64,000 nucleotides of DNA from Thermomicrobiales bacterium (GTDB lineage: Bacteria > Chloroflexota > Chloroflexia > Thermomicrobiales > CFX8): the NCBI GenBank assembly GCA_041390865.1, contig JAWKPC010000002.1, positions 68,031-132,030 on the forward strand, given 5' to 3'. Made by a program: the position numbers and the translations under genes. The first letter of the stretch is position 1. Each line of letters starts with the position of its first letter. This document shows positions 1 to 8,164 of the stretch, one piece after another. The notes beneath the pieces were generated by a model. The model searched no databases. It was not told where the DNA came from and saw only the letters and a program-made list of their open reading frames with translations.

Positions 1-1
1 T

Positions 2-1333
2 TTGATGAAGCCCTGGGACCCGCCGGAGGAAAATCTCTATCCGGTGCTGGACGACGCGCTCTACGACTGGTTGGCAGCCTACGCACCGCCGTTCGAGGGC
101 ATCCGGATCATCGGCACACGCTGGTCGGCCGGAACGTTCCAGACGAAGGATTTCCTTGCCCGAAACCTGATCCCCTACCGGTCGTTCGATATCGAGCGGG
201 ATAGCGAGGCGTCCGAACTCCTGGAACTCGCCGGACTCGATCCACGGCAGCTCCCGGTCCTGCTGTTTCCCGACGGCAGCGCGCTGGTTCAGCCGGAGAT
301 GGCCGAAGTCGCCAACCGGATCGGCCTCGAAACGGCGGCAAGCCTCCCATCGTATGACGTCGTCATCGTCGGAGCCGGTCCGTCCGGCCTAGCAGCAGCA
401 GTCTACGGTTCTTCCGAAGGCTTGCGGACGCTCGTGATCGAGAAACAAGCTCCCGGAGGGCAGGCAGGCACCAGCTCGAAGATCGAGAACTATCTCGGGT
501 TCCCTTCAGGACTGAGCGGCGCGGATCTCGCCCGTCGTGGCGCGACCCAGGCCAAGCGTCTGGGCGCCGAGCTGCTGGCGGGGGAAGTCGTCGGCATCCG
601 GAGCGATGGTCAGTACAAGATCGTCCAACTCGCGGACGGCAGCGAGATCAGCACGCAGGCGCTCATCCTGGCGACCGGAGTGGCCTACAACCGCTTGAGA
701 GCGCCGGGCATCGCGGAATTTGAAGGCACCGGCGTCTACTACGGCGGCGCGCTGTCCGAGGCGATCTCGACGAAGGGTGAGGATGTCTTCATCGTCGGCG
801 GGGCGAACTCGGCCGGACAGGCGGCAATCCACTTCGCCAACTACGCCCACTGTGTCCGGATTCTCGTCCGGGGCAACTCGCTGCCTGGAAGCGGGATGTC
901 GCAATACCTCGTCGATCGTATCCACGAGACGCCAAACATCGACGTCTGGCTGAACTCCAGCGTCGTTGAGGCGCAGGGCAACGGCCACCTCGAAGCGCTC
1001 AGGATCGAGAACTCGGTCAGCGGCAGCGAGCAGATCGTGCCCGCCTCGAGTGTCTTCATCTTCATCGGCGCCAAGCCGGTCACGCACTGGCTGGACGGTA
1101 AGCTGGCCATCGATGGTCAGGGATATCTGCTGACCGGTCCCGACCTCGACCGGGATCCAAAGAGCCCGCTGCGCTGGCCGCTCAAGCGCGAACCGTTCCT
1201 GCTGGAGACCAACATTCCCGGCGTCTTCGTGGCCGGCGATCTCCGTCACCGGTCGATGAAGCGCATCGCCTCGGCGACAGGAGAAGGCGCGATGGCGATC
1301 CACTTCATCCATCAGTATCTGAGCACGCTCTAG
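2..1333 (+). CDS. Thioredoxin-reductase-like FAD/NAD(P)-binding flavoprotein, probably 5'-partial (frame open to the window edge), with an N-terminal thioredoxin-fold-like segment and no CxxC redox pair
   Basis: Two dinucleotide-binding motifs are present (VVIVGAGPSGLAAAVY, FIVGGANSAGQAAIHF). The C-terminal GVFVAGDLR...ATGEGAMA is typical of the TrxR family. Where TrxR has CATCDG this protein reads YYGGALSEA. The frame is open at nt 2. Confidence 0.8.
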   Translation: MMKPWDPPEENLYPVLDDALYDWLAAYAPPFEGIRIIGTRWSAGTFQTKDFLARNLIPYRSFDIERDSEASELLELAGLDPRQLPVLLFPDGSALVQPEMAEVANRIGLETAASLPSYDVVIVGAGPSGLAAAVYGSSEGLRTLVIEKQAPGGQAGTSSKIENYLGFPSGLSGADLARRGATQAKRLGAELLAGEVVGIRSDGQYKIVQLADGSEISTQALILATGVAYNRLRAPGIAEFEGTGVYYGGALSEAISTKGEDVFIVGGANSAGQAAIHFANYAHCVRILVRGNSLPGSGMSQYLVDRIHETPNIDVWLNSSVVEAQGNGHLEALRIENSVSGSEQIVPASSVFIFIGAKPVTHWLDGKLAIDGQGYLLTGPDLDRDPKSPLRWPLKREPFLLETNIPGVFVAGDLRHRSMKRIASATGEGAMAIHFIHQYLSTL

Positions 1334-1347
1334 GGCAGGGGGACGCA

Positions 1348-2748
1348 ATGGCACCAGCGGACACGATCCAGGCCAGAATTCGCGGGCTCCCGGCCTTCGC
1401 AGGCATTCCCGACGAAGAGATGAACCGGCTGTTCGATGAAGTCAGTATTCGGGAGCTCGATGTCGACGATGTGCTGATCGTCGAAGGAGAAGTCGCCCAG
1501 GTCGCTTACCTTATCCTGGAGGGCACGGTTCAGGTTTCCCGCTCGGCGGGTGACGGCGACGTCGTCGTCGCCACCCGCCACGAGGGAGAGCTCGTGGGCG
1601 AGATGGCGCTGCTGATGGAAGCGCGCCGGAACGCGACGGTCCGTGCCCAGACGCCGGTCACGGTTGTCGAGATCACCGCCGATAGCTTCCAGTCCGTTCT
1701 GGCGTCGCGGCCCGAAACCGCGATCTCGATGCTCCGCACCGTCTGGGATCGGCTGCAATCGGCAGAAGCCCATCTCGTTCAGCACCAGAAGATGGCTGCG
1801 CTCGGCACAATCGCGGCGGGCCTGGCCCACGAGCTCAACAATCCAGCTTCGGCGCTGATCAGAAGCGCCGGGCAGCTGGCCGACGTCATCGCCAGATGGG
1901 AAGAAAACGCCTGCATCCTCGGAGGCATGTCCCTCGATGAAATCGAGTGCGATACCGTCGACGGTCTCCGGCAGTCGCTGGATGACGTCGAGCCGTTGTC
2001 GGATCAAGATCCGCTGGCGCAGTCCGATCTCGAGGAGCGCGTGCAGGCGTGGTTGGCAGCACGAGACATCGACCGGCCGTGGGTGCTCGCGCCGCTGCTG
2101 GCCGACGCCGGCGTGGATGTAGCGGATCTGGACCGGCTCGCCCGGACGGTACAGGCGGAGCACCTGCCTCCAGTGATCTGGTGGTATGGCCATGGAGCGC
2201 TCGTCCAACGCCTGCTTGGCGAGCTGTCTCTGAGCGGAAAGGCAATCTCCGAAGTTGTGACGGCGGTGAAGGGATACACCCGGCTCGATCAGGCCCCGAT
2301 TCAGGAGATCAACATCCACGAGGGCATCGATCAGGCGCTCGTCATCCTCCGGCACAAGCTGAAAGGGATCCGGGTCGAACGTCAATACGACCACGATCTG
2401 CCGCGCATTACGGCCTACGCCGGCGAGATCAATCAGGTCTGGACGAACCTGATCGACAACGCCGCCGACGCAATGAACGGCTCCGGGGTACTAACCATCC
2501 GAACCAGACTCGACGGTTGCGACATTGTCGTGGACGTGCAGGACACCGGCCCTGGCATACCCGATTCGGCGCTCGATTGCGTCTTCAATCCGTTCTTCAC
2601 GACCAAGCCGCCGGGCGTCGGCACCGGACTCGGGCTCGCGATCAGCTTCAACATCGCCCGCAAGCACGGCGGGGACATGGATGTGGAATCCATGCCGGGG
2701 TGCACTCGCTTCTCTGTCCGGCTGCCGCTCAAGACGGCTGTCGAGTAG
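1348..2748 (+). CDS. Soluble histidine kinase with an N-terminal cyclic-nucleotide-binding domain
   Basis: The cNMP phosphate-binding cassette GELVGEMALLMEARRNATVRA is present. H-box is GLAHELNNPASA. HATPase_c N/G boxes are NLIDNAADAM, DTGPGIP and GTGLGLAIS. A GGGGGA Shine-Dalgarno sits 5 nt before the ATG. No TM segment is seen. Confidence 0.85.
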   Translation: MAPADTIQARIRGLPAFAGIPDEEMNRLFDEVSIRELDVDDVLIVEGEVAQVAYLILEGTVQVSRSAGDGDVVVATRHEGELVGEMALLMEARRNATVRAQTPVTVVEITADSFQSVLASRPETAISMLRTVWDRLQSAEAHLVQHQKMAALGTIAAGLAHELNNPASALIRSAGQLADVIARWEENACILGGMSLDEIECDTVDGLRQSLDDVEPLSDQDPLAQSDLEERVQAWLAARDIDRPWVLAPLLADAGVDVADLDRLARTVQAEHLPPVIWWYGHGALVQRLLGELSLSGKAISEVVTAVKGYTRLDQAPIQEINIHEGIDQALVILRHKLKGIRVERQYDHDLPRITAYAGEINQVWTNLIDNAADAMNGSGVLTIRTRLDGCDIVVDVQDTGPGIPDSALDCVFNPFFTTKPPGVGTGLGLAISFNIARKHGGDMDVESMPGCTRFSVRLPLKTAVE

Positions 2749-2995
2749 TCGACAGAGCGACCGCGACACGGGCAACCACTGTCTCGGTCGGCCCCACGAA
2801 GGTACGAGTGAATTGGGTGATACTACACATGCTCTTTCGATAACCCGAGATTAGTCTGACGAGAGACCGGCAACGAAGCCGGGAACCTTTCGACGCACAG
2901 CGGGTGCGTCGACGCGCAACGTAGCGCGAACGAGACCGCCGGTTGTGACACAGAACCTCACCGACCGCAGCGGCAAAGGCAATGGAGGCCAGACG

Positions 2996-5900
2996 ATGAC
3001 TTCGACGTTGAATACGACGAGAGTTCAGCAAACGATTCCCCTTACGATGCCATGGGGTCCCCGAGACGGCGCCGGTGCGTTTCCCGCAAGTGCCGGCGAG
3101 CGGCGCGTCGTCACGATCCTCTTTTGCGATGTGGCAGGCTCAACCTCGATGGCGGAGCTCCTCGATCCCGAGGAATGGGCCGAACTGATGAACGAGGCGT
3201 TCGAGCACCTTATCCGGCCGATCGAGCGGTACGACGGCACGGTCATCCGGCTGATGGGCGATGCCGTACTGGCACTGTTCGGGGCGCCTCATGCCCACGC
3301 CGATGATCCACAGCGAGCGATCCTCGCCGCGACGGAGATCATTCGCGGCATCGGCGAACTGAGCGAGCGCCTCAAGCGGCAACGCGGGCTCGATTTCAAT
3401 GTGAGAATCGGTATCAACACTGGTCTGGTCGTCGTCGGCGCATTCGGATCGCAGGACCTCGTTGAATATACGGCGATGGGTGACGCGATCAACGTCGCGT
3501 CGCGCATCCAGCAACTTGCAGAGCCTGGAACGATCCGGGTCGGCGAAGCAACGCACCGCCTGACCGAACGTCTCTTCGAGTTTGATGCGATGGGCGAGGA
3601 CAGCGTCCGCGGAAAGCGCGAGCCGGAACACACCTTTCGCGTCGTCGCCCGGAAAGCACACGCAGAGAACTTCATCGACCAGTCCCGCCGGGAGATGCCG
3701 TTTACCGGCAGGGAACGCGAAATGGAGCAACTCCGCGAAGCGGTCCACGACCTTCGATTCAACGGGCGCGGGCGAGTAATCGCCATCCCCGGCGAGGCTG
3801 GGGTCGGCAAATCGCGTCTCGTCGCGGAATTCCTCCGTTATGTGAAATCTCTACCTGATGACGACGGAGGACTGTCGGTCGCGATCCTTGAAAACCAGGT
3901 CAGCCCCTATGACGTGTCGCGTCCCTACGCCGGTCTGCAGGCCCGTTTCCGGAAAGTCTTCGGCATCGGCCCCGATGATCCTCCAGCGGTCGTACGCGAA
4001 CGGTTTATCGAACGCAGCAAGCAGTTTCCGCCGGAGTTCAGGGAGCGAGCGGCGAGAGTCATCCAGCGAGTGATGGCGCTGGATCTCGACGGAGGATATG
4101 ACGGCGAATTCGAACGCGACGAGTTCCGGTCCGAGCTACGGCATGTCGTCCTCCAGATCGTACGCGGCTGGAACCCAGGCGGAGCGTTCATGCTGGTCGG
4201 TGAGGACTATCACTGGGGCGATGCCGCATCGCTTCAGGTGGTAGCGGATCTCTACGAACTGGTTGAGGACCAGCCGGTAATATTCCTGTGCACGTTCCGG
4301 CCGGAACTCGAAGCCCCGGTCGTGAACATCTTCCAATCGGTTCGGGAACGTTACAGCGACCACTTGTTGGTATTGCGGCTGGAGTCGCTTGCGCCATCCA
4401 GTACACAGGACCTCGTCGATGCGCTGATAGATGGTGACTCGGCCGCCGCCAGCGACTTGCGTCGCGTGATCCTGGAACGGTCCGAAGGCAACCCGCTCTT
4501 CGTCGAGGAGATTCTGAACGCGCTTTCCGACCAGGGAGCGATCGAGCGATCGGACGACCAGATGCACCAGTGGAGGCCATCGATCGGCGCCGACCTTTCG
4601 GAATTGTCGATTCCATCCAGCCTCCAGGCACTCTTGCTGGAACGTATCGACCGGTTGCCGTCCGACGCCCGGAGGACACTCCAGCAGGCGGCGGTGCTGG
4701 GCAGGACATTCTCGCGCCGGGTGCTGCGAGGAATCGCCGAGGTCAACGAAGAGACTGATGATCACGTGGAGGAGCTGATCCGCGCCGGGCTGGTCCGCCC
4801 GATCGACGAAACGGGTGGTGACTCTCTCGCTTTCCGCCACGCGCTCATCCAGGACGCGGCATATGAGACGATCCTCCACCGGCACAGGCGCGACTTCCAC
4901 CAGCGCGCGGCGGAAACGATGGAGTTGCTTTACAGCGACCGGGAGAGTGAGTTCGCGGGTGCGATCGGTTGTCACTACTTCCACGCCAACGATGAGCGAG
5001 CTATTGCCTGGCTCGTTCAGGCAGCCGAGCAGGCCCAGTCGGTTTACGAGCCCGCAACGACGATCGACTATGCGACCAAGGCGATCGAGTTCGCGTTGCG
5101 CGTCGGCGCAGAACCGCCAGTGGAGGCGTACTGCCTCCGAGGTCACGCTCACGATGTCCTGGGCGACTACGACGCGGCTCGTACCGACCTCCGGACGGTC
5201 CTCGAGATCTCCCGCAACCACGGCGATCCGCTCAAGGAGTGGGACGCTCTGATCGACCTCGGTGCGCTCTGGGCTGAATCGGACTACTCCCGCTCGGGGC
5301 CGCTCTACCAGAGCGCCCTCGAACTTGCGCAGGCGTTGGGGGACGACCGCAAGATCGCCCACAGCCTGAATCGGGTCGGTAACTGGCGCATCAACGTCGG
5401 CGATCCGAAGACCGCACGCGAGGCGCACCAGCAAGCGCTGGAGATCTTCGACCGGCTCGGCGACGCGAACGGTCGGGCGGAAACGTTGGACCTCGCCGGG
5501 CTCGCGAGCTACCTGTCCGGAGATTTCGTCGCAAGCGCGAGGTACTCCCGCCAGGCAATCGACATGTTCCGGCAAAGCGGCAACGATCGCCACCTGGCGT
5601 CCAGCCTCTCCCTCCTGGCACTGAGCGGCGGGGGGCTGGATCAAGAAACATCCCCGTCGGCCCGCGGAACGCCCGGCGAGTGGCTCGACCACGCGAACGA
5701 GGCGCTCGAGATCGCCCGCAAGATCGGATGGAGAGCCGGAGAAGCATTCGCGCTGATCGTCGCGGGAGCCGCCTACGCCGATCATGGCAGACCTGGTGAT
5801 GGAATCGCGCGCTTGGAGCGGGCCAGGGATTACGCTGTCAGGATCGGCCACCACCAGTGGAGCGTGGCGGCAACGAGCGATCTAGGAATCACCCTTGCGA

Positions 5901-6520
5901 ATGTTCTCCAATGGGAGGAAGCCAGGGACCTGCTTCTCGAAGCGCTGGCGATGGCTCGCGAGCTCGGCTCCGAGTACTGGACGCGAACGACGGCGTCGCA
6001 TCTGATGGTTACCCACATCGCATTGGGCGACCTTGATGCTGCGGCAGTCGTCCTGGACGAGGCTTTCTCAGTTGACGATTCAATCGACTCTCTCGGGCAA
6101 CGGAAGCTCTGGTTCGGCGCTGCCCATCTGGCGCTCGCCCGTGGGAACTCGCAGGAGGCGCTCGCGATCGCCGATCGGTTGCTCGAAACGGCGCCGGGCA
6201 GAGCGGATGACGAGGTCGTACCCGATCTGGCGCTCCTTCGTGGACGTGCGCTCCTGGCATCCGGGAATGGACGGGCAGCCATCCCGGAGCTGACCGCCGC
6301 CGGCAGGATAGCCGGCGAAGGCCGCGACCCTTTGACGCTCTGGAGATTACGAGCTGTTCTGGCAGCTATCGCTCGTGAGAGCGGCGATGAAGTCTCGGCG
6401 ACGAAGGAACTCGACCTTGCGCGCCAGACAATCGAGTCGATCGCCCTGCAGCTGGACGCTAATGAGAGAGGACGGATCTTCCGTCAACGGGCCGCAAACT
6501 ATCTGGAGGCGGCCTTGTAG
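2996..6520 (+). CDS. Class III adenylate/guanylate cyclase fused to a P-loop STAND (AAA_16-type) NTPase and C-terminal TPR-like repeats
   Basis: Cyclase core is VVTILFCDVAGST...RLMGDAVLALFGAP...RIGINTGLVVVG...TAMGDAINVASR. Walker A is IPGEAGVGKSRL. A long helical repeat tail follows. The ORF opens at GTG 2945, but ATG 2996 has a GGAGG 7 nt upstream. Confidence 0.85.
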   Translation: MTSTLNTTRVQQTIPLTMPWGPRDGAGAFPASAGERRVVTILFCDVAGSTSMAELLDPEEWAELMNEAFEHLIRPIERYDGTVIRLMGDAVLALFGAPHAHADDPQRAILAATEIIRGIGELSERLKRQRGLDFNVRIGINTGLVVVGAFGSQDLVEYTAMGDAINVASRIQQLAEPGTIRVGEATHRLTERLFEFDAMGEDSVRGKREPEHTFRVVARKAHAENFIDQSRREMPFTGREREMEQLREAVHDLRFNGRGRVIAIPGEAGVGKSRLVAEFLRYVKSLPDDDGGLSVAILENQVSPYDVSRPYAGLQARFRKVFGIGPDDPPAVVRERFIERSKQFPPEFRERAARVIQRVMALDLDGGYDGEFERDEFRSELRHVVLQIVRGWNPGGAFMLVGEDYHWGDAASLQVVADLYELVEDQPVIFLCTFRPELEAPVVNIFQSVRERYSDHLLVLRLESLAPSSTQDLVDALIDGDSAAASDLRRVILERSEGNPLFVEEILNALSDQGAIERSDDQMHQWRPSIGADLSELSIPSSLQALLLERIDRLPSDARRTLQQAAVLGRTFSRRVLRGIAEVNEETDDHVEELIRAGLVRPIDETGGDSLAFRHALIQDAAYETILHRHRRDFHQRAAETMELLYSDRESEFAGAIGCHYFHANDERAIAWLVQAAEQAQSVYEPATTIDYATKAIEFALRVGAEPPVEAYCLRGHAHDVLGDYDAARTDLRTVLEISRNHGDPLKEWDALIDLGALWAESDYSRSGPLYQSALELAQALGDDRKIAHSLNRVGNWRINVGDPKTAREAHQQALEIFDRLGDANGRAETLDLAGLASYLSGDFVASARYSRQAIDMFRQSGNDRHLASSLSLLALSGGGLDQETSPSARGTPGEWLDHANEALEIARKIGWRAGEAFALIVAGAAYADHGRPGDGIARLERARDYAVRIGHHQWSVAATSDLGITLANVLQWEEARDLLLEALAMARELGSEYWTRTTASHLMVTHIALGDLDAAAVVLDEAFSVDDSIDSLGQRKLWFGAAHLALARGNSQEALAIADRLLETAPGRADDEVVPDLALLRGRALLASGNGRAAIPELTAAGRIAGEGRDPLTLWRLRAVLAAIARESGDEVSATKELDLARQTIESIALQLDANERGRIFRQRAANYLEAAL

Positions 6521-6553
6521 ATCGACGTTGCTGGATCCCAAGCGGGAATTTCG

Positions 6554-6596
6554 GGAGCGTGGGATTATGGCCATCCGGCCGACGATCCCACGCTCC
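6554..6596 (+). terminator. Perfect 12-bp stem hairpin downstream of the cyclase gene
   Basis: GGAGCGTGGGAT (6554-6565) pairs with ATCCCACGCTCC (6585-6596) across a 19-nt loop, about 35 nt after the stop. No clear U-tract follows. Confidence 0.4.
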
Positions 6597-6721
6597 ACAT
6601 CTCTCCAGCCAGCCCCCGGCAGTCTATCCCGGCGACATGCCCGAAGGTCACACGCGGCAAGGGGACAATCGCCCCTATCCCTTGACGGAGCATTCACCGA
6701 TAGTGAATACAGACTGCGACA

Positions 6722-8164
6722 ATGTTCGAATTGACGCCGGGAATCAGGATGCCAGCCCAGAACGACGAAATCATCACCGGATCCTCATTGCCAACCAGCG
6801 TGCTGGAATTGCTCCGCGATCCCATTCCGTCCGACGGCGATACCTGGAAACAACGGTTCAAGGCGCTAATCGAGCAACTTCCGATCATGCTCTACGCGAC
6901 CTTGCCCGACGACCTGAGCCAGATCGAGTACACCAGTTCCCAGTTTGCCCATTGGCTCGGCTATCCACGGGATGAATGGACCTCGAATCCGGAACTGTTC
7001 GTGTCACGTCTCCACCCGGATGATCGCGACGCCGTTCTTGCAAGCGACGATCGCGCGACCGAAACCGGCGAGAGTTTCGAGATCGAATACCGGCTGCGGG
7101 CGCGAGATGGGGCCTGGCACTGGGTCCGTGACTCCGCCGTTCTCCTTCGCAACCAGGATGGCGTCGGTGTCGCCTGGCAGGGCGTCACGGTGGACATCAC
7201 CGATCTCAAGAATGCCGAGGCGCATCAGGCCGAAGCGCGAGCGCTCTACCGATCGCTCGTCGAGCAGGTTCCGGGAGTCGTCTTCCGCGAGAGCACCGGA
7301 TGGCCGTCCAGGCCGCTGTACATCAGCCCTCAAGTCGAAGAACTCCTCGGTTACACCGTCGAAGAGTGGAACACCACTCCATCCATCTGGGAAGTCGTCG
7401 TGCATCCGGACGACTATGACCGAGTCAAGCAGGAACATATGGATGCCGGCACCCGGACCGCCATTCACATCCAGTACCGGATGATCACCAGGGATGGACA
7501 AACCATCTGGGTCAGGGAAGACCGTGAACTCGTATATGACGAGGCTGGCCGGCCGAGCTGCTGGCAGGGGCTGCTGATCGACATCACGCGACAGAAGCAG
7601 CTCGAAGAGCAGCTGGCGCACCAGGCTCTCCACGATCCGCTTACTGGACTACCCAATCGGACCTATTTCGGTGAGATCGTGTCCCGGGCGCTGGCAAATG
7701 CGACAGGAGGCGACAATCCGATCGCGCTCCTGTTTCTCGACCTCGACGGCTTCAAGGCGACCAATGACAAACTCGGCCACCAGGTTGGAGACGAACTGCT
7801 GTCTGCCGTCGCCCGGCACCTTCCAAGCGCATTGCGCGATGATGACGTCGTCGCGCGTATCGGCGGGGACGAGTTCGCGATCCTGCTGAGTTGCCCGATC
7901 ACCCGGGAACGCGCCGCCAAGCTTGCGGGCGATGTCCTCGAATCATTGCGTCATCGATTCGAGATCGGAAACCATGAGATCCAGTGCAGTGGAAGCATAG
8001 GGATCGCGCTCGGCGACGCCGCTGAGGATTCGCTCACTGATCTGCTACGCCAGGCGGACATAGCCATGTATCAGGCCAAGGCGAGTGGAAGAGACCGGTA
8101 CGCGGTCTACGTCCCCGAGACCGGCGAAGCGCGCGCCGAGCCTTCCGCTGACGACGAGAGCTAA
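6722..8164 (+). CDS. PAS-PAS-GGDEF diguanylate cyclase
   Basis: There are two PAS-like segments (YRLRARDGAWHWVRD, YRMITRDGQTIWVRE). The GGDEF domain reads HDPLTGLPNR...LFLDLDGFKATND...RIGGDEFAILL, with an RxxD I-site (RDDD) 5 residues upstream of GGDEF. The start codon is uncertain. Confidence 0.85.
   Translation: MFELTPGIRMPAQNDEIITGSSLPTSVLELLRDPIPSDGDTWKQRFKALIEQLPIMLYATLPDDLSQIEYTSSQFAHWLGYPRDEWTSNPELFVSRLHPDDRDAVLASDDRATETGESFEIEYRLRARDGAWHWVRDSAVLLRNQDGVGVAWQGVTVDITDLKNAEAHQAEARALYRSLVEQVPGVVFRESTGWPSRPLYISPQVEELLGYTVEEWNTTPSIWEVVVHPDDYDRVKQEHMDAGTRTAIHIQYRMITRDGQTIWVREDRELVYDEAGRPSCWQGLLIDITRQKQLEEQLAHQALHDPLTGLPNRTYFGEIVSRALANATGGDNPIALLFLDLDGFKATNDKLGHQVGDELLSAVARHLPSALRDDDVVARIGGDEFAILLSCPITRERAAKLAGDVLESLRHRFEIGNHEIQCSGSIGIALGDAAEDSLTDLLRQADIAMYQAKASGRDRYAVYVPETGEARAEPSADDES

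Noticed and set aside
2891-2911. 8-bp stem hairpin CGACGCAC/GTGCGTCG in the leader of the cyclase gene.
   Set aside because: It is a short GC stem with a 5-nt loop and no U-tract, so it is not distinguishable from chance in this composition.
4136-5854. 572-aa minus-strand ORF antisense to the cyclase-STAND gene. Similar long antisense ORFs occur at 10108..11880 (+), 29286..30392 (+), 31737..32816 (+), 36426..37625 (-), 40745..41740 (-), 46087..47274 (+) and 50438..51547 (-).
   Set aside because: These are typical shadow ORFs of GC-rich DNA, where stop codons are rare on the antisense strand. Their translations are Arg/Gly/Asp/Pro-rich with no recognisable motifs. The opposite strand in each case encodes a protein with clear family motifs.
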